Shown: positions 27,587 through 36,036 of the stretch, piece after piece
Layout of the letters: each line of letters begins with the position of its first letter
How positions within the stretch are numbered: the stretch's first letter is position 1
Assembly: GCA_965230955.1 (NCBI GenBank)
Contig: OZ246404.1
Span: 582,410-646,409 of the forward strand
Direction: 5' to 3'
Origin: an uncultured Candidatus Saccharibacteria bacterium
GTDB taxonomy: Bacteria > Patescibacteriota > CALEFQ01
DNA length: 64,000 nt
Position numbers and translations under genes: made by a program
Notes under the pieces: generated by a model
Seen by the model: the letters and a program-made list of their open reading frames with translations, nothing else
Databases searched by the model: none
What the model was told of the DNA's origin: nothing

Positions 27587-28426
27587 ATGAATCAAGAAAA
27601 TAGGGTGACTCGTGAAAGTATTTTCGAAAGTGCAGTCATGTTCGCGTGTATACAAGTAGCAATTCTGGGATGTGCCGGCTGGTTGTTCCAGCGTTACTTT
27701 CCACTTAATGAGGCACACATCATTCCCTTTGCCTGGAGTTGCCTGATCGGATTGTGGATTCTTTCCCTGGTCATGTGCTTTCTCTTTGTATCCTTTCGTG
27801 TCCGCGCAGTCCAACGGGAAAACGATACGGCCAATGAAATCTTGGCGAAGCAACGCGCGGAGCAAGATAAAAGGACTCAAGCACAACACGAACGCGATCT
27901 GAAAGCAGTTGATCGAATCAGTTTTGAGCAAGGAGAAGCCGCCGCACATATCAGCTACTTACTGCCAGAAATCTCATTTCACCTTTCGATACTCTGCTAT
28001 CGTTTCATTTTACAGCCTCTTCCCCGCTCAAGTGAATCGAATCAAGAAGTGTTCTTCTGGGATAATCAGGAAAAGAGCACGGTCGAAATCAGTATTCAAG
28101 ATAACGAGAGTTCCCAGCAATCTTGCGCTTTCGTCACTCTGAGAAAGGATCGACTGCGGGTTATTCATGATCCCAAAGTGACAGTCCCGCAAATAACCCG
28201 CATCCAGATGATCGAGGAAGCAAACGAGTCAAATCTGAATCACGAGAATTCCCCTTATCACAATCTGGACGTATCACACCTGCGTCGAGTGCGTGACAAA
28301 ATTAGCGACATAGTTGATCACCCTCTCGGTGCCTACCCAGACCATTTATTCAAACAGATTCTGGAAAATGCTTTTCTGGTCACCATCACTGCCCCGCCCG
28401 AACCAGCCGAGACATCTGCCGATTGA
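27587..28426 (+). CDS. Hypothetical membrane protein with coiled-coil segment
   Basis: Two N-terminal TM helices then a charged predicted helix; single-gene unit with its own promoter and terminator. Confidence 0.4.
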   Translation: MNQENRVTRESIFESAVMFACIQVAILGCAGWLFQRYFPLNEAHIIPFAWSCLIGLWILSLVMCFLFVSFRVRAVQRENDTANEILAKQRAEQDKRTQAQHERDLKAVDRISFEQGEAAAHISYLLPEISFHLSILCYRFILQPLPRSSESNQEVFFWDNQEKSTVEISIQDNESSQQSCAFVTLRKDRLRVIHDPKVTVPQITRIQMIEEANESNLNHENSPYHNLDVSHLRRVRDKISDIVDHPLGAYPDHLFKQILENAFLVTITAPPEPAETSAD

Positions 28427-28443
28427 ATTTTACGACCAATGAC

Positions 28444-28517
28444 AACTCTCCCCTCCGTCGCACTGACCGAGGGGAGTTTAATTATCTAAAAAACAGCCCG
28501 AGATCGGACTGTTTTTT
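28444..28517. terminator. Two consecutive hairpins (bidirectional terminators)
   Basis: ctcccctc...gaggggag hairpin, then aaaaaacagcccga...tcggactgtttttt. Confidence 0.5.
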
Positions 28518-28535
28518 CGTTGTGCAGATTTATTA

Positions 28536-28685
28536 CTAGTTCGTCGTCGCATTCGGCACTACACCCATATTTATCAGCGCACTCTCAATCCCCAAATATT
28601 TGTAACCGACAAAAGCCGTGATTCCGGCGACAATAATGATCGCGATAATAATAATCAAAAGGATTCGCCTGCCTCGCGTCGTCAT
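28536..28685 (-). CDS. Small predicted membrane peptide (49 aa)
   Basis: Hand-translated: MTTRGRRILLIIIIAIIIVAGITAFVGYKYLG...; single TM helix; not in the 60-aa ORF track. Confidence 0.2.
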   Translation of the reverse strand: MTTRGRRILLIIIIAIIIVAGITAFVGYKYLGIESALINMGVVPNATTN

Positions 28686-28718
28686 GAATTTTCATTTAAT
28701 TGATAATCCAACCATCGA

Positions 28719-28865
28719 CTATTTCGTCATGAACTTATTGCATCCGCCTTGCGGAATCACATCGTGCCCGAAACATTTGCCTGATTTATCGTCGACTTTT
28801 TCATAAAATTTGCACTCGGCGCAAGTTTTACCTTGCGGCGCTTTAGGCGTGTACTGAACGTCCAT
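28719..28865 (-). CDS. Small Cys-rich protein (48 aa) with HiPIP-like Cys spacing
   Basis: Hand-translated: MDVQYTPKAPQGKTCAECKFYEKVDDKSGKCFGHDVIPQGGCNKFMTK. CxxC-x12-C-x10-C with CAECKFY and GKCFG resembling the high-potential iron-sulfur protein signature; no signal peptide. Confidence 0.3.
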   Translation of the reverse strand: MDVQYTPKAPQGKTCAECKFYEKVDDKSGKCFGHDVIPQGGCNKFMTK

Positions 28866-28973
28866 GGGATTTTATTTATTATAAATTATAACTAACGGAT
28901 TTTATACCAGCCACCGATCTCCGCTGATGACTTGTGAATAAATGAAAATAAATCGTTCGCCGATAAAAACCAA

Positions 28974-29858
28974 TCAGCGTAATTTTCGGCGCCTTTCCGC
29001 CGGAAAAACCTCACCGCGCCATCTCTTCAGCTCCTCCAAGTAATCTGAACTGGCACCGCGCGCTTCCGACAAAGAAAAAACTTCCGCCCAAGCCTTGTTT
29101 ATATATAAAAGCTCGGCCTCGCTTAAAACCCGGGCCTTTTCATTTTCCAAAAAAGACAACAACTCATTCGAGGCATCTGCGTTTGATTCTGGATTATTTT
29201 GGGGATGTATTTCTTGCCGCAGTTCATAATTTGTGGTAGCTCGGCGATATAGCTTAATCTTTTCAAATTGACCGGAACGTTCAATCGCCAAAATGCTATC
29301 CCCAAAAGACTGACTAGCCTCACGGTGCATATCCGGCTTGGTGAAACGCGCCACCCCGATCAATTTTTTTTGGAGTTCATATCTTAAAAAAATATCCGCC
29401 AAACTTACTTCAGGGGCTGTTAAAATAACATGGGCTGTCACGCCATATTCCTTTCGGTTCAGGAACGACGCTGTTCCGATTGGTACCTCTGGACGACGCA
29501 TTGTTCCTTCGATAATCATATCACCATGTTGCTCGGCAATTTTTTTGATGCAGCGCTCTACCCAAAAATTAACATCAGACTGAGTTAGATCGGCCGCATC
29601 TCTTTCATTACTCTCGAGAAATTGAGAATAAAATGGGTGATACCCTCTCAAATCGTCGGCATTAACCACCGAGGCCGGCCGGTCAGACAAAGTACTTTGC
29701 AACACCCTGATAAAATGACTCTTACCGGCGCCAGGCTGTCCTCCTAAAATATGAGCCTGGGGTTGATCTTGTCGAATTAGACCATATTCAAATCGGGGCC
29801 AAATTAAATCAGAAAATATTTCGTCTCTTTCTCGGACAGATAAAATATTTTTATCCAT
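28974..29858 (-). CDS. Zeta-toxin family P-loop kinase (PezT / zeta-like toxin)
   Basis: GGQPGAGKS Walker A near the N-terminus, about 290 aa, zeta-toxin topology. Confidence 0.7.
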   Translation of the reverse strand: MDKNILSVRERDEIFSDLIWPRFEYGLIRQDQPQAHILGGQPGAGKSHFIRVLQSTLSDRPASVVNADDLRGYHPFYSQFLESNERDAADLTQSDVNFWVERCIKKIAEQHGDMIIEGTMRRPEVPIGTASFLNRKEYGVTAHVILTAPEVSLADIFLRYELQKKLIGVARFTKPDMHREASQSFGDSILAIERSGQFEKIKLYRRATTNYELRQEIHPQNNPESNADASNELLSFLENEKARVLSEAELLYINKAWAEVFSLSEARGASSDYLEELKRWRGEVFPAERRRKLR

Positions 29859-29868
29859 TCATGAAAAT

Positions 29869-30102
29869 TTATTTCCTGTTCACTATGCGCACAATCTCGT
29901 CAAAATCCTCGTCAGTTATCGCCGCCTTATGATAAAAATCATCCAGAGATTCCTCCAATTTTCGCAATTCAGCTTCTTGTTGGGTAATAAATAACTGCCG
30001 AGGATGTTTTTCTCTTTTTTCGTGATGAATATTAAAACTCACTAGGGATTTGGCCCTGGCAATTAGACCGATAATTACTTCCGACTTCATTAACTGATCC
30101 AT
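29869..30102 (-). CDS. Putative antitoxin of the zeta-toxin module
   Basis: 77 aa acidic helical protein immediately upstream of and co-oriented with the toxin; assignment by position. Confidence 0.35.
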   Translation of the reverse strand: MDQLMKSEVIIGLIARAKSLVSFNIHHEKREKHPRQLFITQQEAELRKLEESLDDFYHKAAITDEDFDEIVRIVNRK

Positions 30103-30214
30103 AATTTTGCGATTTCAGGCTGGAATTTTGTAATGTATATATCTTAACTACTAAATACCTGATCAGCCCGGTTTCAGAAGCTCGATAAGCCCCCAGCCTT
30201 ATTTTGATAAGAAA

Positions 30215-30478
30215 CTAGCTGAAATTATATTTCTTCTTGATCGCCTCGCTGATTTTCCAGGTGCAATCAAGTCCCTGCGGGAAAACCACCCGGTCACCGG
30301 CACCGAAACTAACCGTTTGCCCGTCCGCCGTCTTGACCGAAGCCCGGCCGGACAATATATGGCAAGTTTCCGTCTGGTCATAGTGATAAGGAAACTCTGA
30401 GGGTTCTTTACTCCACTCGGGCCAAGATTCAGCTAGCTTGATTTGATCGGGAGTGGGTTTTGAAATAATTATTGGCAT
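30215..30478 (-). CDS. Small cupin-domain protein
   Basis: 87 aa with the beta-barrel signature of single-domain cupins (DUF861-like). Confidence 0.4.
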   Translation of the reverse strand: MPIIISKPTPDQIKLAESWPEWSKEPSEFPYHYDQTETCHILSGRASVKTADGQTVSFGAGDRVVFPQGLDCTWKISEAIKKKYNFS

Positions 30479-30485
30479 ATTTTTT

Positions 30486-31256
30486 CTAATACGAATAACT
30501 ATCTACGAGAGCCCCTGTTCCGGCTTTAAGATATGCGGTATCACCAGTGTTATTCCAAATAGCTTTGTCACTGCCAAAACTATAAGTTCCCGTATTTGTA
30601 TATACTCTTATCGATTTCCCCGCACCTAAATTTAAGGCTGGAAATGTAAATTTGTGCTTATCTTTATCTTCCAGAGTCCATCCACCCAAACTCTGAGCCA
30701 TTTTCCCATTATTTTTTATTTCAACATATTCATCGGACTCTTTACTACCACTTCCATTATAGAAAATATTTGTAATTATAACATTGGGAGCTATTCGATA
30801 AATGGTATCGTTCGAAGCCCCCTTCCCCAAACTGCGCATTATGCGAAACGCATCGGCCGGCCGATTTAGAAAGTATCTTCTAAGATTATCTGGATTGATA
30901 TACCACGCCTCGCCATGCGCCTGAACCTGAAGCAGTATTCGCCCAAGATATCTACGAGAGAAAGAGGTATCTCCAGATTGAGTGTCAGTCGGTATCCTCT
31001 TTAGTGAATCATTATTTATGCCTAACCCCAATAACCTCATGATCGCGAAAGCGTCATTCGGTCGCCCAAGATAGTACCTAAAACCATCAACCGGGTTTAT
31101 ATACCAAGCCTCACCATTACCCTGGACCTGCAACAATATGTATCCAGTAAGAGAATCAGAGGCGGGACCATCAGCTTTGGCAAAATTTACCCCTAATATC
31201 ATAGTTACTGCCATAATAACGCCAACTGCAAGAACCAAAAAAAAGTTCTTTTTCAT
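30486..31256 (-). CDS. Secreted protein with two internal about 50-aa repeats and a C-terminal lamin-tail-like (LTD) domain
   Basis: Signal peptide; duplicated ILLQVQ(G/A)xGEAWYINP..RY(Y/F)L.RP.DAF.IMR.LG; C-terminal YVEIKNNG...GWTLED...FTFP pattern. Confidence 0.45.
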   Translation of the reverse strand: MKKNFFLVLAVGVIMAVTMILGVNFAKADGPASDSLTGYILLQVQGNGEAWYINPVDGFRYYLGRPNDAFAIMRLLGLGINNDSLKRIPTDTQSGDTSFSRRYLGRILLQVQAHGEAWYINPDNLRRYFLNRPADAFRIMRSLGKGASNDTIYRIAPNVIITNIFYNGSGSKESDEYVEIKNNGKMAQSLGGWTLEDKDKHKFTFPALNLGAGKSIRVYTNTGTYSFGSDKAIWNNTGDTAYLKAGTGALVDSYSY

Positions 31257-31306
31257 ATTTTCCTAAAAATACAGGTGTGTCCTTAGAACACATCTGCTTT
31301 TAATCA

Positions 31307-32101
31307 TCATTCCGGTGCCACATGAATGACCCGACCGCTGCCGGCAATATTTTGGCGCACTTCCGGTATACCTTTGTATAAAACCTCGCCGCTCCCACTG
31401 ATTTTTACATCTAAGAGGCTTCTAACATCCAAAGCCACCCGCCCCGAGCCGCTGATATCCACCCGAGCTTCCTGGCTGATCAAATCCCGGGCGTGATACT
31501 CGCCCGAGCCGTCGATTTTGATCGACTGGCGCTCGGCCTGGCCGGTAAGCGAAAAACGTCCCGAGCCAAAAACTTCACTGGATATCTCCTTGACCCGGAG
31601 GCGCATCTCGGCTTGGGCGCTGCCCGAAATATTCAAATCCAATTTATCGAGCACCAATTCGGTATCCGGCGTATAAATTTGCGCGGAACCGGAAATTTTT
31701 ATTTGCTGCAAATCCTTGACCTGCAAATCAATCTCCAAATCGGACAAAGGCATAAATAGGATCCAAATCACCGGATCTTTTTGATTGATTTTAAGAACAC
31801 CATCCCGCACTTCGGTTTCCACATTGGCGATCATCTGGCTATCCCCTTTCAGAACCAATCTCTCCGTCTCGCCCTGTGTCACATTGATTTTAGCCGAACC
31901 GCTATAATCCAATTTACTGAAATCACCGACACCGCGCTCTTCTTCGACAATCTCCGACTCGCCCCGCAAATAACGATAACTCCCGTAGACAGCCGTAATC
32001 GCCACCACCGAAAGAATGATCGCGATCACGCTCAAGGTCATGGCCGCAGTAGTTTTGCCGGAAGAGACCGGCTGGTCGTTGGTATTATTGTTTGTTTCCA
32101 T
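31307..32101 (-). CDS. Membrane-anchored DUF2807 / GIN-domain (adhesin head-like) protein
   Basis: N-terminal TM segment; repeated ISGSG... beta-solenoid-like units typical of the putative auto-transporter adhesin head GIN domain. Confidence 0.45.
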   Translation of the reverse strand: METNNNTNDQPVSSGKTTAAMTLSVIAIILSVVAITAVYGSYRYLRGESEIVEEERGVGDFSKLDYSGSAKINVTQGETERLVLKGDSQMIANVETEVRDGVLKINQKDPVIWILFMPLSDLEIDLQVKDLQQIKISGSAQIYTPDTELVLDKLDLNISGSAQAEMRLRVKEISSEVFGSGRFSLTGQAERQSIKIDGSGEYHARDLISQEARVDISGSGRVALDVRSLLDVKISGSGEVLYKGIPEVRQNIAGSGRVIHVAPE

Positions 32102-32211
32102 TTTGGAGATTTAATGATTACTACTATATTCTAGACAAAAATCAAATTCCCGTCAAAAAAACGGGGCTTATCATAAGCACCCGCACGTTCAGTCAAAGTA
32201 CCAACTCTGGA

Positions 32212-33123
32212 TCAATCAAGTTTACCGGCCGGACTAAATTCAGTCGGTAAAGGCGCATCCATTTTCAAAATCTTGCCTGTTCGCGGATGCTTGAACTCCA
32301 AAGATAAAGCGTGAAGCATTAGACGAGAAGCACCTTTCTTACGGCCATAGCGATCATCGCCCACTATCGGAAACCCGAGCTTGGCCAATTGCGCCCGCAA
32401 TTGATGCTTGCGCCCGGTATGGGGAAACATTTGCAACAGCGCCGTTTTCACTCCCCGGTTTTTGACCAATACCTTTGTCTCGGCCATGACTCCGCCGGGT
32501 ACTTTTTGGTCGGCCGGATGAACGATCACACGACCGCCCTGAAATTCAAAGATATTTTGCAATACTTTTTCATCCCATGACGGCACACCTTGAACTACCG
32601 CCCAATATTCCTTGGTTACTCCACGCTGTTGAAATTGTTCCGCCAGATCGTGAGCGATATCACGCCTCTTAGCGATAACCATAACACCGGAAGTCCCTTT
32701 ATCCAAACGATGAACCAACGCCGGCTGAGCAAAAGGATCGGCGGATGGATACGCCTGCAACATAGCGTCAATGACCGAACGGCTGCCAACCTGGCCCGAT
32801 TGCACCGCTATTCCCGCCGGCTTGTTTATGACGATCAAATCATCGTCCTCGTATAGTATCGGCCAGGGAATAGCCCGCGTTTCCCCCGGACAAACTTCTG
32901 TTCTTTTGATACCAATTTGAATTTCTTGCGGTTCCCAAATCTCGATTACATCTCCGGCTTTGATCTTAGTCGTGCCGACGGTCGACACACGGCCATTCAG
33001 CTTTATTTTTCTCTTACGGATTAATTTCAAAATCAACGTTTTGGGAACGTCGGAATACCACTTAGATAAGCCGCGCTGCAATGTCAGTCCGGCGGCGGTT
33101 ACAGGCACAACTATTTTTTTCAT
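32212..33123 (-). CDS. RluA-family 23S rRNA pseudouridine synthase (RluD-like)
   Basis: S4-like N-terminus and HRLDKGTSGVMV catalytic-Asp motif. Confidence 0.8.
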   Translation of the reverse strand: MKKIVVPVTAAGLTLQRGLSKWYSDVPKTLILKLIRKRKIKLNGRVSTVGTTKIKAGDVIEIWEPQEIQIGIKRTEVCPGETRAIPWPILYEDDDLIVINKPAGIAVQSGQVGSRSVIDAMLQAYPSADPFAQPALVHRLDKGTSGVMVIAKRRDIAHDLAEQFQQRGVTKEYWAVVQGVPSWDEKVLQNIFEFQGGRVIVHPADQKVPGGVMAETKVLVKNRGVKTALLQMFPHTGRKHQLRAQLAKLGFPIVGDDRYGRKKGASRLMLHALSLEFKHPRTGKILKMDAPLPTEFSPAGKLD

Positions 33124-33304
33124 ATAACTTATGCCTATTTTGACACCAAATACATTTTGTGGCAACCTGCTTGCCGGTAGACAGGGATATTATTGGACAC
33201 GGCACTGATATTATGTTATGTTGTTGTTGCCTGTTAATATCCTTTTAAACGAGTGAAAAAAAGGTCGTATTGACAGCTTTATTCAATCAGTGAGTACAAA
33301 TTCA

Positions 33305-33610
33305 ATGAACGCAAAACTTTATGTTGGCGGAGTCTCCTTCAGCTCGACAGACGATTCTCTGAAGCAATTCTTCGCTAGCGCCGGCACGGTGAAAGACGCT
33401 AAAATCATCACCGACCGAGAAACAGGCCGCTCTCGCGGATTCGGCTTCGTCGAAATGAGCACGGATGAAGAAGCCCAAAAAGCGATTGAGACCCTGAACG
33501 GTCAAGAGCTCGATGGCCGCAAACTGCGCATCGACATTGCCCGCCCGCAAGCCCCTCGTGGGGATCGCGGCGGCGACCGTGGTGGCCGCTTCGGTAATCG
33601 CGATCGTTAA
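33305..33610 (+). CDS. RRM-type RNA-binding protein with Gly/Arg-rich tail
   Basis: RNP2 KLYVGG and RNP1 RGFGFVEM motifs; C-terminal RGDRGGDRGGRFGNRDR. Confidence 0.75.
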   Translation: MNAKLYVGGVSFSSTDDSLKQFFASAGTVKDAKIITDRETGRSRGFGFVEMSTDEEAQKAIETLNGQELDGRKLRIDIARPQAPRGDRGGDRGGRFGNRDR

Positions 33611-33683
33611 TTCTTTCGAGATATCCGAAAAAGCTCCGCCTGAGAAGACGGGGCTTTTGTTTTCAGCGAATATTTCTGAAATT

Positions 33684-34766
33684 TTATTCGTCAGATAACC
33701 TGAATTTATAGGCGGCAATGGTCAGCGCCACGGCGATCCAGCCGCAAACAATTATCATATTTCGCGGATCGGTGAAGGGTGAGCCGTTCTCAAGCGCGAT
33801 CGTTCGAACCATGCGCAAAAGAGGCGCCAGCGGCAAAAATTCCACCACCGAAAACAGCCAGCGCGGCAGCTGATCAATCGGGAAAAACACTCCGGCCAAG
33901 AACATCATCGGGATAGTAATGGCCGTCGCCATTCCCTGGGCGGCATCAGTGGTTTTGGAAAGCGCAGCGACCACAAATCCAATCGATTGGAACAGGACGG
34001 CGCCAAGCAGAGAAAAAGCATACAACAACCACAGTGGGCCGATAATATGGGCGCCAAAAACAAGAATCCCCACCAATAAAATAATCGTGATCTGAATAAC
34101 ATTCAGCACCAAGCGGGAAAAAACTTCCGACAACACAAAACGCCAAGACTTGAGCGGTGTCGTCGTCAATCGTTTGAGGATCTTATCTTCGCGATAATTG
34201 GCCAAGCTGATACCCACGCCCTGTACGGAAGAGTTCATCATGGACATACCGATCAAACCGACCAAGACAAAATCAAAATAAGTCAGGTCGTTGGTATTGG
34301 TTTTTTCTTCTTCGATGCCAAACAAAATCTGCGTCTGCTGAATTTCCAAGCTGACCTGGGTTAAAAATTTATCCACAAAACCAAGGACAACGCCGTTAGT
34401 CTGGACGTTGGCCGGATCATAAATTACTTTTACCTTGGTGGGCGAATCCGGTTGTCCCGACCCGAAGGCTTCCGGAATCTGGACAATCGCCGTAATCTGC
34501 CCTTTTTTCAGTAAATCTCTGGCTTCATCCACCGACAAATCTTTTTGTAATTTTAAAACATCGCTTTCTTCCATGGCGGTCTGTAAAGACTGCGCCACCG
34601 CCGAATCAGAGTCATTAATCATGGCAATCGTGCCGGAACTATCGCTGCCACTCCCGAAAAACGCGCCAAAAACAAAAGTAAAAGCCAAAGGGAAAACCAA
34701 ACCCCACACCAGCGATTGGCGGTTGCGAAACATCATTTTAAGATTGGCCCAGAAAAGTTCAAGCAT
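33684..34766 (-). CDS. ABC-2 family transporter permease
   Basis: N-terminal TM segment, large extracytoplasmic loop, five C-terminal TM segments; paired with the ATPase. Confidence 0.6.
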   Translation of the reverse strand: MLELFWANLKMMFRNRQSLVWGLVFPLAFTFVFGAFFGSGSDSSGTIAMINDSDSAVAQSLQTAMEESDVLKLQKDLSVDEARDLLKKGQITAIVQIPEAFGSGQPDSPTKVKVIYDPANVQTNGVVLGFVDKFLTQVSLEIQQTQILFGIEEEKTNTNDLTYFDFVLVGLIGMSMMNSSVQGVGISLANYREDKILKRLTTTPLKSWRFVLSEVFSRLVLNVIQITIILLVGILVFGAHIIGPLWLLYAFSLLGAVLFQSIGFVVAALSKTTDAAQGMATAITIPMMFLAGVFFPIDQLPRWLFSVVEFLPLAPLLRMVRTIALENGSPFTDPRNMIIVCGWIAVALTIAAYKFRLSDE

Positions 34767-34768
34767 GC

Positions 34769-35683
34769 TTATTCCTCAATACTCTTACCGGTAATTTCGA
34801 TAAATAAATCCTCTAACGTCGCCTGCCGGATAACCAGACTTTCCGGCTCCAATTTATGGATCCAGGGCAGGGCTTGATTCACTTTTTCCTGAGAAACCAA
34901 ACGGATTTCAAAATGCTTCTCTTTGCCGGCCACGGTACTGACTTGCCCCAATTGTTGCAATTCCCGCATTGACCCATCACCCAGCATTTTAGAAAAGAAA
35001 GTAATTTTGAAAGGATACTTAGTTCGCTTGACCAGTTGATGGGTTTCATCCATGGCAATGATTTTACCCTCGTCCATGATCGCCACCCGATCACAGAGAA
35101 TTTCCGCTTCATCCATATAATGCGTCGTCAAAACTATCGTCTTGCCTTTCAGCTTTATTTTTTCGATCAATTTCCAAAGATTGCGCCGAGCCAGCGGATC
35201 CAAGCCAGTAGTCGGCTCATCCAGAAAAACAATCTCCGGATCGTTGACCAGGCTGGCCACGATCGAAAAACGCTGTTTCTGGCCGCCGGATAATTTATTT
35301 ACGAAAACCCTCCGCTTGCTCTGTAGATTAACCATATCGAGCAATTCGGAAGCCGGCAGGCGCTGGGGATAAAAACCGCCGAAAAGATTCAGGATTTCTT
35401 CCAGGGTCAAGAAATTAAAATAGGCGGAAGATTGCAACTGCACGCCGACTTTTGATTTGATCGCATCAAGATCGCGACAGACATCGTGCCCGAGAACCTC
35501 GACGCGCCCGCCGTTTGGTTTTCGCAAGCCCTCAATAATTTCCATGGTCGTAGTCTTCCCCGCTCCATTTTCCCCGAGCAAGCCGAAAACTTCTCCGCGT
35601 TTAACGCTAAAAGACACGCCGTTGACGGCGGTTAATTTTTTGTATTTTTTTACCAAATTGTCGACTCGAATAACCTCATCCAT
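34769..35683 (-). CDS. ABC transporter ATP-binding protein
   Basis: GENGAGKTT Walker A, LSGGQKQR signature, FLDEPT Walker B; start called at MDEVIRV. Confidence 0.85.
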   Translation of the reverse strand: MDEVIRVDNLVKKYKKLTAVNGVSFSVKRGEVFGLLGENGAGKTTTMEIIEGLRKPNGGRVEVLGHDVCRDLDAIKSKVGVQLQSSAYFNFLTLEEILNLFGGFYPQRLPASELLDMVNLQSKRRVFVNKLSGGQKQRFSIVASLVNDPEIVFLDEPTTGLDPLARRNLWKLIEKIKLKGKTIVLTTHYMDEAEILCDRVAIMDEGKIIAMDETHQLVKRTKYPFKITFFSKMLGDGSMRELQQLGQVSTVAGKEKHFEIRLVSQEKVNQALPWIHKLEPESLVIRQATLEDLFIEITGKSIEE

Positions 35684-35755
35684 GATAAAGTACTTAAGCA
35701 ACAATAATCTACCAGATAAGCCAAAACTTGGCAACCCGGGACCGAAGCGCCAAAT

Positions 35756-36031
35756 CTATTCCTCATCGACTTCCTTTTTCCCCGCCGCTAATTCCGCGAC
35801 TTGTTCCGGATCGCGTTCCAGTAACAACGCCTGAAACTCGCCGATGTGAGTTTTTTCTTCTTTGGCAATATCCAGCAGCATCTCTTTTAATTTTGGATCC
35901 GTGGCGACTTCGGCCATTTGGAGATAAAGATTGACCGCATCCAGCTCGGCAATTAATCCCACCCTAGCGATTTCGGCATCTTTTTTCTCGGGCGGAACCT
36001 GGCTCAAGTCGACTGGTAATTGTGACATCAT
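35756..36031 (-). CDS. Small ferritin-like / rubrerythrin-like diiron-domain protein
   Basis: About 90 aa helical protein with E...Y and EEKTH (ExxH) motifs. Confidence 0.35.
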   Translation of the reverse strand: MMSQLPVDLSQVPPEKKDAEIARVGLIAELDAVNLYLQMAEVATDPKLKEMLLDIAKEEKTHIGEFQALLLERDPEQVAELAAGKKEVDEE

Positions 36032-36036
36032 AAAAT

